Shown here one piece after another: positions 61,151 to 64,000 of a stretch of 64,000 nucleotides of DNA (its first letter is position 1; each line of letters starts with the position of its first letter). The stretch lies in assembly GCA_965219415.1 (NCBI GenBank), contig CBDCNP010000002.1:2208001-2272000 (forward strand), given 5' to 3'. Under the pieces are notes generated by a model. That model searched no databases. It worked only from the letters and a program-made list of their open reading frames with translations, and had not been told where the DNA came from. This stretch comes from Candidatus Marinacidobacterales bacterium (GTDB taxonomy: Bacteria > Acidobacteriota > Vicinamibacteria > Marinacidobacterales > DATDRI01). The translations under genes and the position numbers were made by a program.

Positions 61151-62192
61151 ATGACCCAATGCGCTTCGATCCATAGCCGATGTTTTCGTCGGTAAGCTGG
61201 ACATGGACACATTGGTTCAAACCCCCGGGTTGGAGAATCTATCCTTCATCACCAGTGGTGCGTTGCCCCCCAACCCTGCAGAGCTTCTTGGATCGTCTCC
61301 AATGCGCACATTCATCGATGAGGTCTCGCAAGAGTTCGATGTCGTGATCTTCGATAGCCCGCCCGCGCTTCCAGTCACCGACGCGGCCATCTTAGCCTCC
61401 CAAGTGGACGGCGTGGTTTTGATCTACCAAATGGTGTCTGCCCCGTTCGAGGGCGGAATCGGCGAGCCGAACACTTTCGGCGGCTACCTCGTCTTCATGC
61501 TGGCTCTGGCATCCGGTTTCTATTTGATGGCCACTTCCCTTCGCGAACGCGCCTTGTGGATCGGCATGGGACTGCTCATGATCCTTCCATTGCTCTATAC
61601 GCTCTCGAGAAGCTCTTGGCTGGAGGCGGGCGCGATGGTGCTGACCTTACTCTGGCTGTCTCCCAAGAAGGGCCAGTTGCTGGCGGCCGCGGCGATAGCA
61701 TTAGCGCTGTCTCCGGTGGTCCTACCCCACCAGGTCGTCGAACGAATGGCGTATACTCTCGAGCAACCACCGGCGCCAGGGCAGATTAGGGTTGGAAAGG
61801 CACGGCTCGACACCTCGCTGTCGGCGAGGATACGAAGTTGGCAGTACGGGCTCGAGGGCTGGGCGGCGCGTCCCCTGACAGGGTACGGCGTGGCCAGCTA
61901 CGGGTTCATGGATGCGCAATACGTGCGAACCCTCGTGGAGACTGGTCTCTTCGGCCTAGCGGCGTTCGGCTGGCTGATGATCAATATCTTCCCTATGGCA
62001 CGCCTGCGACTGCACGAAGCCCAGGATCGGTTCGCCGTCGCCCTCAGCCTTGGATACCTCGCTGGGTTCGTCGCTCTGCTCGTTCACGGAATCGGCGCCA
62101 ACACCTTTATCATCGTTCGCATCATGGAACCGTTCTGGCTGGTCACCGCTTTGGTGGTGGCGTTGCCAGAGACCGAGCCGGTCGGTGACTGA
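61151..62192 (+). pseudogene. Chimera of a Wzc/CpsD tyrosine-kinase C-terminal fragment and a Wzy/O-antigen-ligase C-terminal fragment
   Basis: SGALPPNPAELL and VVIFDSPP (kinase, no Walker A) run in frame at ~61432 into EPNTFGGY, YTLSRSSW, PLTGYG, Y.RTLVETGLFG. Confidence 0.75.
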
Positions 62193-63183
62193 ATCGGACC
62201 CCCCATTCGTCTCGGTGCTGATCAGCACCAAGGACCGCCGCGACCTCTTGCGACAGGCCCTGGAGTCGCTCCGGCAGCTCGATTATCCGCGAGACAAAAT
62301 GGAGCTCGTCGTGGTTGAGGAAACGAGTCAACCCGAAGACCCAGGAGTCGATCGGTATGTGGTCCTTCCCAGAGAGGACCGGGGCTTCGCTTGGAGCCGC
62401 AACGCCGCACTGCGAGCCGCCTCTCATCCCTTGGTGGCGTTCACCGACGACGATTGCATCGTGGACCGTCAGTGGCTCCGTGAGTTGGCGGCACCCTTCG
62501 AAGACCCAGAGATCGGAGCGGTGGCAGGTGCCGTCTTAGCGCAACCTTTTGGGCTCCTCGGGAAAACGGAGATTGTTCTGGGATTTCCTGGCGGCGGCCT
62601 TCGCCGGATCGCGTGCGCCCAGGAACAGATCCGACCGGTGCGTGGCCTATCCACCGTGAACGCCGCCGCACGCCGCGAAATCCTCCAGACCTTAGGGGGG
62701 TTTTCCGAGGCGACGGGGATCTACGGTGGCGAGGATTCCGATCTCTTCGGTCGATTGACGGAGCGCCATCGCGCCGTCTTCAACCCGCGAGCATTGGTTC
62801 ACCATAAGGCCCGTGATTCGGTTGGGGGTATCGCACGCTGGCTCTACCGTCGCGGCATCTCGGCGATCGCCCTCGTTCGTCTGTCTCGCACCCATCGGTT
62901 TCGCTCTGTTCTTGGCGAGCTCCGGAGCTCCGTTTTTCTACGTCTGGGATTCGTGACCGCCTTGCTCTACATCCTCGGTGCGCCGATGCCAGCGTCTCTC
63001 TTCGTCCTTGCCGTCGTCTACTACGCGCTCATGATCGTTCGCTACCGATTCGCTTGGCGACCCATGGGATTGCCCGTTCTTCTTCTTACTCCGCTGTCCA
63101 AGGTGTTAATGGATGCTGCTTTCGACATCGGCCGTCTAAAGGGATTGCTGCTCTGGATCAGCGGGAGTTTTCAAAACCCATGA
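62185..63183 (+). CDS. GT2 glycosyltransferase
   Basis: VSVLI, SRNAAL, AFTDDDC, GGEDSD; C-terminal TMs. Confidence 0.88.
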   Translation: MTESDPPFVSVLISTKDRRDLLRQALESLRQLDYPRDKMELVVVEETSQPEDPGVDRYVVLPREDRGFAWSRNAALRAASHPLVAFTDDDCIVDRQWLRELAAPFEDPEIGAVAGAVLAQPFGLLGKTEIVLGFPGGGLRRIACAQEQIRPVRGLSTVNAAARREILQTLGGFSEATGIYGGEDSDLFGRLTERHRAVFNPRALVHHKARDSVGGIARWLYRRGISAIALVRLSRTHRFRSVLGELRSSVFLRLGFVTALLYILGAPMPASLFVLAVVYYALMIVRYRFAWRPMGLPVLLLTPLSKVLMDAAFDIGRLKGLLLWISGSFQNP

Positions 63184-64000
63184 CGAAACCGCGAGTCCTG
63201 CTCGCCGAAAACGCCGGGAGCTTCGTGGGCGGTGGACAGGTCAGCTTTCTGAACCTGGTGGCACGCATGGATCGTTCCCGCTTCGAGCCCTACGTGGTTT
63301 GCCCGGAAGAAGGAGATTTTCTCGAGGAGGCCTTAGAGCGGGGAATCCCGGCACTGATTCGCCGAATGCCGTCCTTGCGCGGTCTAGGCGCTCTTCGCCT
63401 GCCATCGGCACTCCGGCCGTGGCTCACGCTTATCAAGAAATTCCGGATCGATCTGCTTCACGCCAACGGGACGCGCGCCATGATCTATGCCGGCCTCGCC
63501 GGTCGGCTGACCTCGATACCCGTGGTCTGGCATGTCCGGGTACTGGCATCGGATGGCCCCCTGGATAAGTTTCTAGCCAGTCTCTCGACTAAGGTATTGG
63601 TAAACTCGCGAGCCGCGGCCGGACGATTCGAGTTCTTGGGCGGCTCCCGGGGACCCACCGTCGTCCCCAATGGAGTCGACGTGGCACAGTTCGAGCAGGC
63701 GTCACCGGATCCCGAACTCCGCAAGAAGTGGGGTTTGGATGCGAAGTTCGTTCTGCTGGTGCTGTCCCAACTGATCCCGTCGAAGCGGCAAGAGCTGGCG
63801 ATCGAAGCGCTCGCATCGCTGCGCCGCCGGGGGATGAAGGCCAGTTTGATACTGGTCGGAGATGAAGTGCTCGCTTCGCGAGGAGAGCGGGCTCGTCTGG
63901 AAGGCGTGGCGAGACGCTTAGGCGTCACCAACGACTGCGTCTTCGCCGGTTTTCGCCGTGATGTTCCCGAGCTCCTCAAGCAGGCCGATCTCCTGATTCA
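63180..64000 (+). CDS. GT4 glycosyltransferase (truncated by window end; not in ORF track)
   Basis: ATG overlaps the upstream stop; MTKPRVLLAE..GGGQ, DLLHAN, VWHVR, VPNGVD, FAGFRRDVPELL. Confidence 0.85.
   Translation, partial: MTKPRVLLAENAGSFVGGGQVSFLNLVARMDRSRFEPYVVCPEEGDFLEEALERGIPALIRRMPSLRGLGALRLPSALRPWLTLIKKFRIDLLHANGTRAMIYAGLAGRLTSIPVVWHVRVLASDGPLDKFLASLSTKVLVNSRAAAGRFEFLGGSRGPTVVPNGVDVAQFEQASPDPELRKKWGLDAKFVLLVLSQLIPSKRQELAIEALASLRRRGMKASLILVGDEVLASRGERARLEGVARRLGVTNDCVFAGFRRDVPELLKQADLLI

Noticed and set aside
1-64000. CRISPR array, tRNA, rRNA, prophage or integron
   Set aside because: No regularly spaced repeats, cloverleaf or rRNA signatures, or phage/integrase genes were recognised by eye.

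Overview
A GC-rich bacterial chromosome segment from a diderm (LptD present). Gene content and order suggest Acidobacteriota, which is an inference. Contents in order: (1) the left end of an IS3-family (IS51-group) element, cut by the window edge; (2) a Lys/Arg-rich histone-H1-like gene and two small Cys-rich ORFs; (3) futalosine menaquinone genes mqnP-E-A-C; (4) gpsA and an NSS transporter with an uncalled 32-aa small subunit; (5) tilS-hpt-ftsH-folP-cdaA-cdaR-glmM-pdxJ-like-lepB; (6) divIVA/yggS/queD/dinG/glyA; (7) lptD-rfbA-rfbB-gmd-rmd; (8) a radical SAM gene whose annotated TGA stop looks like selenocysteine (WFC-U-SEP plus a SECIS-like hairpin), near nfuA-like, PRTase-like, ATP-grasp and cupin genes; (9) polA flanked by two surface-polysaccharide blocks. 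Most notable: the Sec-tailed radical SAM/ATP-grasp neighbourhood, a 39-codon lepA vestige upstream of lepB, a PdxJ lacking catalytic residues, a Wzc/Wzy deletion chimera and a methyltransferase-kinase fusion. About a dozen genes carry single-base frameshifts, probably long-read errors. No rRNA, tRNA or CRISPR array was seen. All family calls are motif recognition by eye, not database searches.
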